A DNA stretch of 64,000 bases from positions 19,555-83,554 of the forward strand of contig CANKVN010000001.1 in NCBI GenBank assembly GCA_947487055.1, read 5' to 3'. The notes beneath the pieces were generated by a model. The model had not been told where the DNA came from. It saw only the letters and a program-made list of their open reading frames with translations, and ran no database searches. Source of the stretch: Flavobacteriales bacterium. Lineage in GTDB: Bacteria > Bacteroidota > Bacteroidia > NS11-12g > UBA955. The translations under genes and the position numbers were made by a program. This document shows, piece by piece, positions 46,525 to 54,867 of the stretch. Every line of letters starts with the position of its first letter. Positions within the stretch are counted from its first letter, which is position 1.

Positions 46525-47523
46525 ATGAGCGAAACGGTAGTCAGTGGCATTAGGCCAACCGGCAAGCTGCACCTTGGAAATTACTTCGGTGCGGTACAGA
46601 ACTTTTTGAAATTTCAGGAAAGTTTTCCTTGTTACTTTTTTATTGCCGATTACCACAGCCTCACCACGCATCCCACACCCGAAGACCTTGGGGGCAGCGT
46701 GTACCGCGTATTTGCCGAATACCTGGCCCTGGGCTTGGATCCGGATAAATGCACACTCTACCTGCAAAGCGATGTTCCCGAAGTGGCCGAACTGTATTTG
46801 TTCATGAACATGAGTGCATACCTCGGAGAACTGGAGCGTGTGAGCAGTTTCAAGGAAAAAGTACGCAGCCAACCCGACAACATCAATGCCGGATTACTTA
46901 CCTATCCAGTACTGATGGCTGCCGATATCCTCATCCACCACGGAACCCGAGTACCTGTTGGCAAAGACCAGGAACAACACCTGGAAATGGCCCGCACCTT
47001 CGGAAACCGTTTTAACCGCATGTACGGCGCAGATTATTTCAAAGAACCTGTCGCCATTGGCTCAGGCGAAGGACTGGTAAAGGTTCCAGGCCTCAGCGGT
47101 GGTGGCAAAATGAGCAAAAGCGCCGGCGAAGCCGACAGCATTTACCTCGACGACGAACCCGAAGTACTGCGCAAAAAAATTATGCGGGCAGTAAGCGACA
47201 GCGGTCCTGCAGAGCCAGGTACAGCAAAAAGTCAGCCTGTGCAAAACCTGTTTGACCTGATGGCACTGGTTTGCAAACCCGATGTGATTGCGTTTTATGA
47301 TGAATCTCACAAAAATGGCAGCATCCGATACGGAGATTTGAAAAAACAACTGGCCGAAGACATGGAAATTTTTGTTGCACCCCTTCGAAGCCGCATTGAA
47401 GACATGCTCCAAAACCGCGAAGGCGTTGCAAAAGCCGCCAAAATAGGTGCTGAAAAAGCCCGTGAAAGCGCCTCGAAAACCATCCGTGAAGTGCGCAACA
47501 TGATTGGCTTCAGGGGGATTTGA
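46525..47523 (+). CDS. trpS: Tryptophan--tRNA ligase
   Basis: Starts at ATG 46525 (MSETVVSGIRPTGKLHLGNY, HIGH-type motif). The KMSKS motif is present (GGGKMSKSAG). The protein is about 332 aa. Confidence 0.93.
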   Translation: MSETVVSGIRPTGKLHLGNYFGAVQNFLKFQESFPCYFFIADYHSLTTHPTPEDLGGSVYRVFAEYLALGLDPDKCTLYLQSDVPEVAELYLFMNMSAYLGELERVSSFKEKVRSQPDNINAGLLTYPVLMAADILIHHGTRVPVGKDQEQHLEMARTFGNRFNRMYGADYFKEPVAIGSGEGLVKVPGLSGGGKMSKSAGEADSIYLDDEPEVLRKKIMRAVSDSGPAEPGTAKSQPVQNLFDLMALVCKPDVIAFYDESHKNGSIRYGDLKKQLAEDMEIFVAPLRSRIEDMLQNREGVAKAAKIGAEKARESASKTIREVRNMIGFRGI

Positions 47524-47550
47524 GTTTATTTGGAAATCCCGGTTTTTTTT
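47515..47550 (+). terminator. Intrinsic terminator of trpS
   Basis: GGGATTT / AAATCCC stem followed by GG and T8. The stem overlaps the stop codon. Confidence 0.7.
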
Positions 47551-47643
47551 CGTATATTCATAATCCTTGAGGCCAATTTTGCATACACATTGCAAAAAAT
47601 CTGCCCAATCCACGCCTTTATGTTTTAATTTGCACCATAAACC

Positions 47644-48606
47644 ATGGACATTTCCATTGTCATACCCCTGCTAAACGAAGCGGAAAGCATTCCGGAACTG
47701 TATGCCTGGATTAAGCGCGTTACCGATGCCAACCACCTTACCTATGAGGTAATTTTCATCGACGATGGCAGCAACGATGGCTCCTGGGATGCCATTAGCC
47801 AGCTCAGCAACCAGGACCCTGCCGTAAAAGGCATTCGCTTCCGCCGTAACTACGGCAAGAGCGCCGCTTTAAATGAAGGTTTCAGCATTGCCCAGGGCGA
47901 GGTTGTAATAACCATGGATGCCGATTTGCAGGACAGTCCCGACGAAATACCCGGCCTTGTGAACATGATGCGCGAAGGCAATTTCGACCTCGTGAGCGGC
48001 TGGAAAAAGAAACGCTACGATAACGCTCTCACCAAAAACCTGCCCTCCAAGCTTTTTAATTACACCAACCGCAAACTCAGCGGCATTCAGCTGAACGACA
48101 TGAACTGCGGCCTCAAAGCCTACCGCAACGAGGTGATAAAGAATATTGAAGTGTATGGCGACATGCACCGGTACATTCCCGTAATAGCCAAGAACGCAGG
48201 TTTTAAGCGCATTGGCGAAAAAGTGGTAGAACACCAAGCCCGCAAATACGGGAAAAGCAAGTTTGGGCTGGAACGCTTTGTAAATGGCTTTCTCGACCTG
48301 CTCACCATCCTCTTCATGGGGAAATTTGGCAAAAAACCCATGCATTTTTTCGGTGTTTTGGGCATCTTATCTTTTTTGATAGGATTCTGTTTAGCCGCAT
48401 GGTTGCTAATTGACAAAGCCATTCATGTGTGGGAAGGAACCCCTGCCCCACGCGTAGCCGATTCCGCGTTTTTCTACCTCGGCCTGGTGGTGATGATTAT
48501 TGGAACACAGCTGTTTTTGGCCGGATTTCTGGGCGAACTCATCAGCCGATCGCACCCCGACCGCAACCGCTATCAGGTTTCTGAAACGACCTTCAGCACC
48601 CGATGA
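47644..48606 (+). CDS. GT2 polyprenyl-phosphate glycosyltransferase (GtrB/ArnC-like)
   Basis: SIVIPLLNE, IFIDDGSNDGS and DADLQD (DxD) motifs, plus two C-terminal TM helices. Confidence 0.82.
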   Translation: MDISIVIPLLNEAESIPELYAWIKRVTDANHLTYEVIFIDDGSNDGSWDAISQLSNQDPAVKGIRFRRNYGKSAALNEGFSIAQGEVVITMDADLQDSPDEIPGLVNMMREGNFDLVSGWKKKRYDNALTKNLPSKLFNYTNRKLSGIQLNDMNCGLKAYRNEVIKNIEVYGDMHRYIPVIAKNAGFKRIGEKVVEHQARKYGKSKFGLERFVNGFLDLLTILFMGKFGKKPMHFFGVLGILSFLIGFCLAAWLLIDKAIHVWEGTPAPRVADSAFFYLGLVVMIIGTQLFLAGFLGELISRSHPDRNRYQVSETTFSTR

Positions 48607-49733
48607 AAGGCAAACACATCGTGATTGTGGGCCCTGCCCATCCCCTGCGTGGCGGACTGGCCACCTTCAACGAACGACTGGCGCTTGAACTGGGAAAAGA
48701 AAACACCGTCACCCTACTTTCCTTTAAACTGCAATATCCCGGGTTTTTGTTTCCCGGACAAACCCAATACACCGATGAACCTGCCCCAGAGGGCCTGAAC
48801 ATTGACACCGCACTTAACTCGGTAAATCCACTCAACTGGATTGCGGTAGGACGCAAGTACAAAAAACTTCGCCCAGACCTCATCATTTTCCGCTACTGGA
48901 TGCCCTTTTTCGGGCCCTGCTTTGGCACCTTTGCCCGCATCGTAAAACAAAACAAGCATACCCGCGTGGTTTGCATTGCCGACAACATCATTCCGCACGA
49001 ACGCCGCTTTTTCGACAAACCATTCAACGCCTATTTTATGCCCGTACTGGACGGTGCCATAACCATGAGCCGCAAGGTGCTTCAGGATCTGGATGATTTA
49101 AAATTCACCAAACCCAAGCAATATAACCCGCACCCGCTGTACGATAATTTTGGCGAAGCCCTGTCCCGCGAACAGGCCTTGCAGGAACTGGATTTGCCCT
49201 CAGATGGCCGCTATCTCTTGTTTTTTGGCTTCATACGGCGATATAAAGGCCTGGATCTTTTGCTCAGTGCCATGGCCGATGAAAAGGTGAAACAAACCGG
49301 CGCCAAGCTTATTGTGGCAGGCGAATTTTATGAAGATGCCGCACCATACCATGCCCAAATTGAACTATTGGGACTGGCCGACAGGGTTATTTTAAAAACA
49401 AACTTCATCCCCAACAGCAAGGTAGCAGCCTATTTCAGCGCCGCAGACCTGGTTGTGCAGCCCTACCGCAGCGCCACGCAAAGCGGGGTTAGCCAGGTGG
49501 CCTACCATTTCAACAAACCCATGGTTATTACCGATGTGGGTGGGCTTGCAGAAAGCGTTCCGGACGGCAAAGTAGGTTATGTGGTGGCCCCCGAACCCGC
49601 GGCTATTGCTGACGGCATTGCGCGTTTTTTCAACGAAAACAAAGCAGCAGAATTTATCGGCAACATGGAAGAAGCCAAGGCACCATTTAGCTGGGAGCGA
49701 TTGGTGAGAAGCCTCGAAGAAATCGCTTTTTAG
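48603..49733 (+). CDS. GT4 (GT-B fold) glycosyltransferase
   Basis: 376 aa. The C-terminal half has the retaining-GT1/GT4 pattern (LLFFGFIRRYKGLD.., VVQPYRSATQSGV.., ITDVGGLAE). Its start overlaps the GT2 stop (ATGA). Confidence 0.8.
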   Translation: MKGKHIVIVGPAHPLRGGLATFNERLALELGKENTVTLLSFKLQYPGFLFPGQTQYTDEPAPEGLNIDTALNSVNPLNWIAVGRKYKKLRPDLIIFRYWMPFFGPCFGTFARIVKQNKHTRVVCIADNIIPHERRFFDKPFNAYFMPVLDGAITMSRKVLQDLDDLKFTKPKQYNPHPLYDNFGEALSREQALQELDLPSDGRYLLFFGFIRRYKGLDLLLSAMADEKVKQTGAKLIVAGEFYEDAAPYHAQIELLGLADRVILKTNFIPNSKVAAYFSAADLVVQPYRSATQSGVSQVAYHFNKPMVITDVGGLAESVPDGKVGYVVAPEPAAIADGIARFFNENKAAEFIGNMEEAKAPFSWERLVRSLEEIAF

Positions 49734-49993
49734 TGGTTTTTTTTACCTAAAGCCACTTTTGTTGTTTTACAAATGGCCGCAAAAAACCAGTTTAATCAAC
49801 TTGATAACGCAGTAATATGCTGATGTATGGTAATCAGGCAAGTAAAAAACCAACCTTAAAAACCCAAAACAAGCATACACCAGTCATCTTACTTTTTTTG
49901 TACCTATATTTATGGTAACTTGGCCAAGCCTTTTGCTGCAATAACTGTTCGCACCTGGCAAATAAACAACTACCAAAACCAAGCCATGGGGTT

Positions 49994-50794
49994 ATGATAA
50001 AACACCTAATAACAATAATATGTTGCTTTGTGGTATCCCACAGTGAACTTTTTGGACAGAATTTACCACCTATCCAGCTGGACCGACCTGACCAGACAGA
50101 ATGCCCCTTCATAACACCTGAAAAGTACATTCAAATTGAGAATGGATTTACGGTTGAACATTTTGACAAAAATCAAAAATCATACAGCTATCCTTCAACA
50201 CTGTGGAAATATGGCATAAATGCCAAGTTGGAACTAAGACTGATAACAGAATGCCTATCCGAAAAGATTAACGAAAATACCAATACGGGTATTTCACCAA
50301 TTATCGTCGGCTTTAAGACTGCATTATTGGAAGAAAAAGGACTCATACCCAAAACCTCATTTATTGGGCATATTGCAACCTCAAAAGTTGGAAGTGCCGC
50401 ATTCAATACCAAATATATTGCACCTTCATTCAGGTTTACAATGCAGCATACACTGACCCAAAAAATATCACTTGCATATAATTTGGGTGCCGAGTGGGAT
50501 GGCGAAACTGCCGGCCAAACCTACATCTACACATTGACAACAGGTATTGGATTTACAGAGAAATTAGGTTTTTATGCTGAATTGTATGGTTACTTTCCGG
50601 CAGGAAAAAATGCAGACCACAGGTTTGATGGTGGTATGACTTTTTTAATAAATAACAATTTTATTGCAGATCTTTCGGGAGGATTTGGCTTGACAAAAAA
50701 TGCACCCAAAAATTATGTCTCACTGGGGATTTCTTTTAGGTTCAACACCATAAAAAAAGCAAAAACAAACGGTAACACTGATTCTAAAAACTAA
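49994..50794 (+). CDS. Outer-membrane beta-barrel 'transporter' (MetA-pathway/phenol-degradation-like family)
   Basis: 266 aa with signal peptide MIKHLITIICCFVVSHSELFGQ. The QLDRPDQTE motif after the signal peptide and the alternating beta-strand pattern are as I recall for this OMP family. The coding sequence is AT-rich. Confidence 0.55.
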   Translation: MIKHLITIICCFVVSHSELFGQNLPPIQLDRPDQTECPFITPEKYIQIENGFTVEHFDKNQKSYSYPSTLWKYGINAKLELRLITECLSEKINENTNTGISPIIVGFKTALLEEKGLIPKTSFIGHIATSKVGSAAFNTKYIAPSFRFTMQHTLTQKISLAYNLGAEWDGETAGQTYIYTLTTGIGFTEKLGFYAELYGYFPAGKNADHRFDGGMTFLINNNFIADLSGGFGLTKNAPKNYVSLGISFRFNTIKKAKTNGNTDSKN

Positions 50795-50930
50795 TTCCAA
50801 TACCCCGACCTCAACAGTTGACCAGCCGGTTTCAGCGGAAACAAAAGCTTTTTATAGGTCATTTAATGATTATCCTGTGAGGCCCTTTGTGACGGATGCT
50901 GCTTAGTAAATTCATACATTGATTTAATTT

Positions 50931-51200
50931 GGATTACCCGTCTCGGATCAGCCGAGACTCGTGAACCCGGAGGGGGGGGCTTCAAAGCCAAACAAAAGCT
51001 CAGCCGCTCATTCGCGGCTGCGTTTTTTATTTCCGCCCTGCTCACACAAGCAAGCTTGGCTTATGAGGGATTACTCGCTCGCTTCTCTCACTCGTGAACC
51101 CGGAGGCGGTGGCTTCAAAGCCAGACAAAAGCTCAGCCACTCAAGCGTGGCTGCATTTTTTATTTCCGCCCCGCTCTCACAAGCAAGCTTGGCTAGCTGT
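50931..51200. repeat. Two tandem 133-137-bp structured repeat units
   Basis: Unit 1 spans 50931-51067 and unit 2 spans 51068-51200. The shared core runs CTCGTGAACCCGGAGG..GCTTCAAAGCCARACAAAAGCT-[7-bp stem hairpin]-YRTTTTTTATTTCCGCCC..CACAAGCAAGCTTGGCT. The stems are CAGCCGC/GCGGCTG in unit 1 and CAGCCAC/GTGGCTG in unit 2, differing by one compensatory pair. Confidence 0.8.
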
Positions 51201-51206
51201 GCGGAA

Positions 51207-51237
51207 ATAAAAAACCCGGCTATCGCCGGGCTTTTGT
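51207..51237 (-). terminator. Intrinsic terminator of tRNA-Ser (an inverted third copy of the repeat's hairpin module)
   Basis: CCCGGC-TATC-GCCGGG. On the minus strand it is followed by TTTTTTATTTCCGC. Its flanks are identical to those of the tandem-unit hairpins, but in the opposite orientation. Confidence 0.7.
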
Positions 51238-51244
51238 TTGGCTT

Positions 51245-51335
51245 TGGCGGAGAGAGCGGGATTCGAACCCGCGATAGGCTTTTGACCTATACACACTTTC
51301 CAGGCGTGCTCCTTCAGCCACTCGGACATCTCTCC
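51245..51335 (-). tRNA. tRNA-Ser (anticodon GGA), class II with long variable arm, CCA encoded
   Basis: Hand-folded. Acceptor stem GGAGAGA/TCTCTCC. Anticodon stem CACGC/GTGTG with loop CT-GGA-AA. Variable arm ATAGG/CCTAT. T-arm GCGGG-TTCGAAT-CCCGC. Discriminator G followed by CCA. Confidence 0.95.
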
Positions 51336-51344
51336 GTAAAGGTG

Positions 51345-51352
51345 CAAATCTA
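51345..51352 (-). promoter_or_regulatory. Bacteroidota sigma-A -7 box (TAGATTTG = TAnnTTTG) for tRNA-Ser
   Basis: The minus strand reads TAGATTTG-CACCTTTAC-GGAGAG(tRNA 5' end), so the motif ends 9 nt before the mature 5' end. Confidence 0.5.
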
Positions 51353-51446
51353 AGGAATTTGCAGCGAATTACTTTACTTAATCTGCAACCCAAATAACCG
51401 CATGGTATTCCTTGTAGCTGTGCAACACCTCATTTATGTGTTTTTA

Positions 51447-51566
51447 CCATTGGTTGGTCTTTGCGCAACGCAGTGAAGTGAGACCAACCATTATTTGACA
51501 TTTTTGGATATATCGACGTACCATAGGCGTCATGGTCGGTCTCGCTGCGCAAAGACCAACCAATGG
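51447..51566. mobile_element. 120-bp MITE-like element with 21-nt perfect terminal inverted repeats
   Basis: CCATTGGTTGGTCTTTGCGCA (51447-51467) is the exact reverse complement of 51546-51566. Each end also folds on its own (TGGTTGGTCT / AGACCAACCA). There is no coding capacity. Confidence 0.55.
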
Positions 51567-51794
51567 GATAAGGGTGGTATATGATGGTGCTGGCCAGTGA
51601 ATACTGGCTGTTGAAAAACAAAAACCAAACGACATAACTAGCATTGGCAATAAAGCAAAAGAAGAGTTTAGCGCATTCCTAACAAATTTAAACACGAACA
51701 GGCTTACCCTAACTTCTCAAAAACTAACCAGTAAGGTCAATAATTCAGGGTTATTTCTTCTTAGTTCAGGCCATATTTTTAAGCCAATAGTACT

Positions 51795-52985
51795 CTAAGG
51801 GTAATATTCAATTTTCCATTCGCTGATTTCTATTTTTTGAAATGGTTCGTCTTTAAAACGTTGACTATTAGAAACTACACGAATTGGGTTACCGACTAAA
51901 TCATAGGTAATTGTCGTTATTCTTTTTTTAGATAGACTGGAGTCTGAGTCGTAGTCGTTAATTTCTACACAATTACCCCTATCATCATATTTTGTAGTTT
52001 CTTTAGTTTCTCCACTTATTAAATCATCTCTATTTATTTCAATATTTTCACCATTAAGATTATATTGGTAAGTGTTTTTAAATACAATACTTCCATCGGA
52101 ACTGTAACTAATGTTTTCAGTCATTTTACCATTAAGATTATATTGGTAAGTGTGTTTTGATACAATACTTCCATCGGAACCGTAACTAATTTCTTCAATC
52201 TCTTTGCCTTCCTTATTGTAATTGTACTTATAAGACTTATAGCCCAACATCTTACCACTTGAATAATACTTATATTCATTAATCTCAATACAATTTCCAT
52301 CTTCGTCATAATGAAATTCCTTAGTAGAATTTAACTTACCATAGGTATATTTTTGTTCTTCTTTTTTATTACCTCTTGAGTCATACAAAAATACAAGCCT
52401 GGTATCCAAACTACCCTTGGCATCAAAGTTTTTTTCCTCAACAACTTTACCAAAAGCATCTACTTCCCTAATAACTTTATTACTACTACCAGGATTAACA
52501 TCGTAATAAACAACTTCTGTTTCAATGCCATTAGCGTCATATTTTGATGTGTATTTTGAAGCTATTGTTCCGTTTGAGGTGTAACTTATATCTTCAATTA
52601 CATGGCCATTTTTGTCAAATTTTCTCACATCTCTACTTTCCAGCAGCCCTCCAGCTTTATACCTATTTTTACTTTCATAAACTTTATTGCCACTTGTATC
52701 ATAGGAATTTTTCTCACTAAAAATCAAACTTCCGCTTGACCCGAATACACTTCTCTCCAAAAGGTTGCCATTTTTATCAAATTTCAAAATGGTTTTTGAC
52801 TGTAATTTACCTTTTTCTATCACTCCCAATCTTTCAACACCGGCAAACTCTTTACTTTCAATGAGGAGTATTTTACCCTTCCATTTATTATCTTCGAGAT
52901 AACTTTTTTTGGGAGCATTTTGGGCTGATAGAGACCCACTTAAAAAAACAACAATTTTTAAAAGTGTGCAAATTACATTCTGCAT
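51795..52985 (-). CDS. Secreted YD/Rhs-like beta-hairpin repeat protein without a toxin domain
   Basis: 396 aa with a signal peptide (LLKIVVFLSGSLSAQ). There are at least 10 units of Y/F-[DN]-x-x-G-N/K-x-[IV]-E (KFDKNGNLLE, YDTSGNKVYE, YDANGIETE, YDEDGNCIEIN, YDDRGNCVEIN, YDLVGNPIRV). The coding sequence is very AT-rich. Confidence 0.5.
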   Translation of the reverse strand: MQNVICTLLKIVVFLSGSLSAQNAPKKSYLEDNKWKGKILLIESKEFAGVERLGVIEKGKLQSKTILKFDKNGNLLERSVFGSSGSLIFSEKNSYDTSGNKVYESKNRYKAGGLLESRDVRKFDKNGHVIEDISYTSNGTIASKYTSKYDANGIETEVVYYDVNPGSSNKVIREVDAFGKVVEEKNFDAKGSLDTRLVFLYDSRGNKKEEQKYTYGKLNSTKEFHYDEDGNCIEINEYKYYSSGKMLGYKSYKYNYNKEGKEIEEISYGSDGSIVSKHTYQYNLNGKMTENISYSSDGSIVFKNTYQYNLNGENIEINRDDLISGETKETTKYDDRGNCVEINDYDSDSSLSKKRITTITYDLVGNPIRVVSNSQRFKDEPFQKIEISEWKIEYYP

Positions 52986-53215
52986 TTAATACAAATATCA
53001 GAAATTTTTTTAAGACTGCCAAATAACTTGTAACTGCCAAAAGGGAATAAAAAACAATGTTAAATTAATTTGCACCTGTTACCACATAAATACAATATTT
53101 ACAAATCCCATCGAAGTCAATAAACTTATTGCATTATCTTTGAGTTATTCGCCTAACCTTTTAAATTAATTTGGAATTACACTGTTGTTGAACTTCGTAA
53201 TACTACTGATTTACC

Positions 53216-53261
53216 CCATGGTTGGACTTTGCGCAACGCAGTGAAATGAGACCAACCATGG
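53216..53261. repeat. Solo copy of the MITE-end hairpin
   Basis: CCATGGTTGGACTTTGCGCAACGCAGTGAAATGAGACCAACCATGG is near-identical to 51447-51492, in the same orientation, on the other side of the YD-repeat gene. Confidence 0.75.
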
Positions 53262-53298
53262 AAAAAAACCGCGAACCAACCAATAAACAATTAAACTA

Positions 53299-54072
53299 TT
53301 AAACCACCCCAAACAACCGCTTCGCGTTCTCCGTTGTTACCCTGCCAATTTCCGCCAGCCCCTGCCCTCTTAGTTCGGCCAGAAAGGCCGCCACATGATA
53401 AACATAGGCCGGTTCGTTTCGCTTGCCCCTGTGCGGCACCGGCGGCAAATAAGGTGCGTCGGTTTCCACAATCATATGCTCCAAATCAATTTGCTTAACC
53501 ACCTCTGCAACACCAGCGTTTTTAAACGTCAGCACCCCGCCAATCCCAAGCATCATGTTCAGCTTAATCGCCCGCTGCGCCTGCTCCAGGCTGCCACTGA
53601 AACAATGCAACACGCCGCGCAGATTACTGCCTTTGTATTCTGCCAGAATATCCAGCGTTTTATCCGTGCTGTCGCGGGTGTGCAACACCACAGGCAAATT
53701 TCGGTCAATGGCAAACTCAATCTGCCGCTTTAGCGCAAGCGATTGCCTGTCCAATGTCGTTTTATCCCAGAACAAATCCAGGCCTATTTCTCCAACGGCA
53801 ATGTAATCGCGCTTGTCAAACCAAGCCAGCAAACGATCCAGCTCTTCCGACCAATCCTCCTCCACATCGCAAGGGTGCAAACCCATCATGGGAATGCAAA
53901 ATCCGGGATAGGTATCGGCCAAATGATGCAAACGGTTCACAGAATCTTCATCTACATTGGGCATTAAAATATGCTGTATGCCTTGCCGTTTAGCCGACTT
54001 AATTACTTCGTCCAAATCCTGATCAAACTGCTCCATGTACACATGGCAATGTGTATCTATAAGGCTCACCAT
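53299..54072 (-). CDS. tatD: TatD-family metal-dependent hydrolase/DNase
   Basis: 257 aa with LIDTHCHV (HxH) at the N-terminus, an internal GEIGLD and a LHCFSG motif. Confidence 0.9.
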   Translation of the reverse strand: MVSLIDTHCHVYMEQFDQDLDEVIKSAKRQGIQHILMPNVDEDSVNRLHHLADTYPGFCIPMMGLHPCDVEEDWSEELDRLLAWFDKRDYIAVGEIGLDLFWDKTTLDRQSLALKRQIEFAIDRNLPVVLHTRDSTDKTLDILAEYKGSNLRGVLHCFSGSLEQAQRAIKLNMMLGIGGVLTFKNAGVAEVVKQIDLEHMIVETDAPYLPPVPHRGKRNEPAYVYHVAAFLAELRGQGLAEIGRVTTENAKRLFGVV

Positions 54073-54838
54073 TTGATTTTTTCTTTATTCAGAAAGGAAT
54101 CTATACCCTTTACACAATCTCCACTGCCACGGGCCTCCGCATTGAGCGAGGCGGCATATTCCAGGGCATCATCCATGTGCATTCCGGGAGTTTTTCTTAG
54201 CAACTGCTTGATGTATGCCACAGACACACCCGAAGTGGTTTCGCAAAGTTGTTCGGCAAAAGCCGTAACCGCGTGCTGTATTTGATCATCAGCAACCACC
54301 GTATTCACCAGTCCCATGGAATGGGCTTCATCGGCTGCAATTACTTTTCCGGTAAGAAGCAACTCACGCATGTGGTGTCCCGCAATACGGTATTGCAAAT
54401 ACACCGCCACCAAGGCAGGAACAAATCCTATTTTACTTTCGGTGTAGCCAAACGTAGCCTCTGGTGTGGCATAGCAAAAATCACACAAGGTTGCCAATCC
54501 GCATCCGCCTGCCAGGGCAGGGCCTTCCACCTGTGAAATAAAAACTTTATTGCCACGGTGAATCAAATCAAACAAATCGCGGAGGCGCCTGGAATCAGCC
54601 AGATTTTCCTCACGGCTAAAGTGACGCATTTCCTGCAAATAACCCAAATCGGCACCGGCACAAAACGGCTTATCGAGGATTTAAGCACAATAACCTTGAT
54701 TTCGTTATCGTACAACAACGTTTGTATGCATTCGGTAAGTTCTGCTATCAGCTGAGGACTGAGCGCATTGCGCTTTTCCGGCCGGTTCATTACCACATAA
54801 CCCACACGGTTATTGATTTCCAATGATACGAGTTCCAC
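54066..54838 (-). pseudogene. Enoyl-CoA hydratase/isomerase (crotonase) interrupted by a 1-nt frameshift
   Basis: The N-terminal part is the track ORF 54563..54838 (VGYVVMNRPEKRNALS..IKVIVLKSS). It continues in another frame as KPFCAGADLGYLQEM.., which is the track ORF 54066..54647. The total span is 773 nt (3n+2). The frame switch lies within about 54672-54678 (minus-strand tcctcgataagccg). Confidence 0.6.
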
Positions 54839-54867
54839 CTTGCAAAGATAACCGATTACGCCACCAA

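Noticed and set aside
49834-50130. 98-aa minus-strand ORF between the GT4 and OM barrel genes
   Set aside because: It overlaps the signal-peptide-bearing start of the plus-strand OM protein gene, has no features, and lies in AT-rich promoter DNA.
50958-51100. Tandem units as decayed tRNA 3' halves or att sites of an integrated element
   Set aside because: The resemblance is limited to GAACCCG versus the T-loop GAATCCCG and to the shared trailer AAAGCCAAACAAAAG. The T-loop-like GGTTCACGAG is on the opposite strand from the trailer similarity, there is no acceptor-stem match, and no integrase is present.
50931-51244. Possible CRISPR array
   Set aside because: There are only two direct units of 133-137 bp, placed back to back without spacers, plus one inverted partial copy. 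There are no cas genes in the window, and the unit length and structure are wrong for CRISPR.
51430-51695. 63-aa and 83-aa minus-strand ORFs next to tRNA-Ser
   Set aside because: They run through the MITE-like inverted repeats, and their sequence is dictated by the palindromes. They are unlikely to be coding.
39597-54838. A phenylacetate (paa) catabolic cluster suggested by the PaaN-like, 3-hydroxyacyl-CoA dehydrogenase-like and enoyl-CoA hydratase genes
   Set aside because: The three genes are dispersed over 15 kb among unrelated housekeeping genes. One is degenerate and one is frameshifted, and no paaABCDE oxygenase or paaK ligase genes are present.
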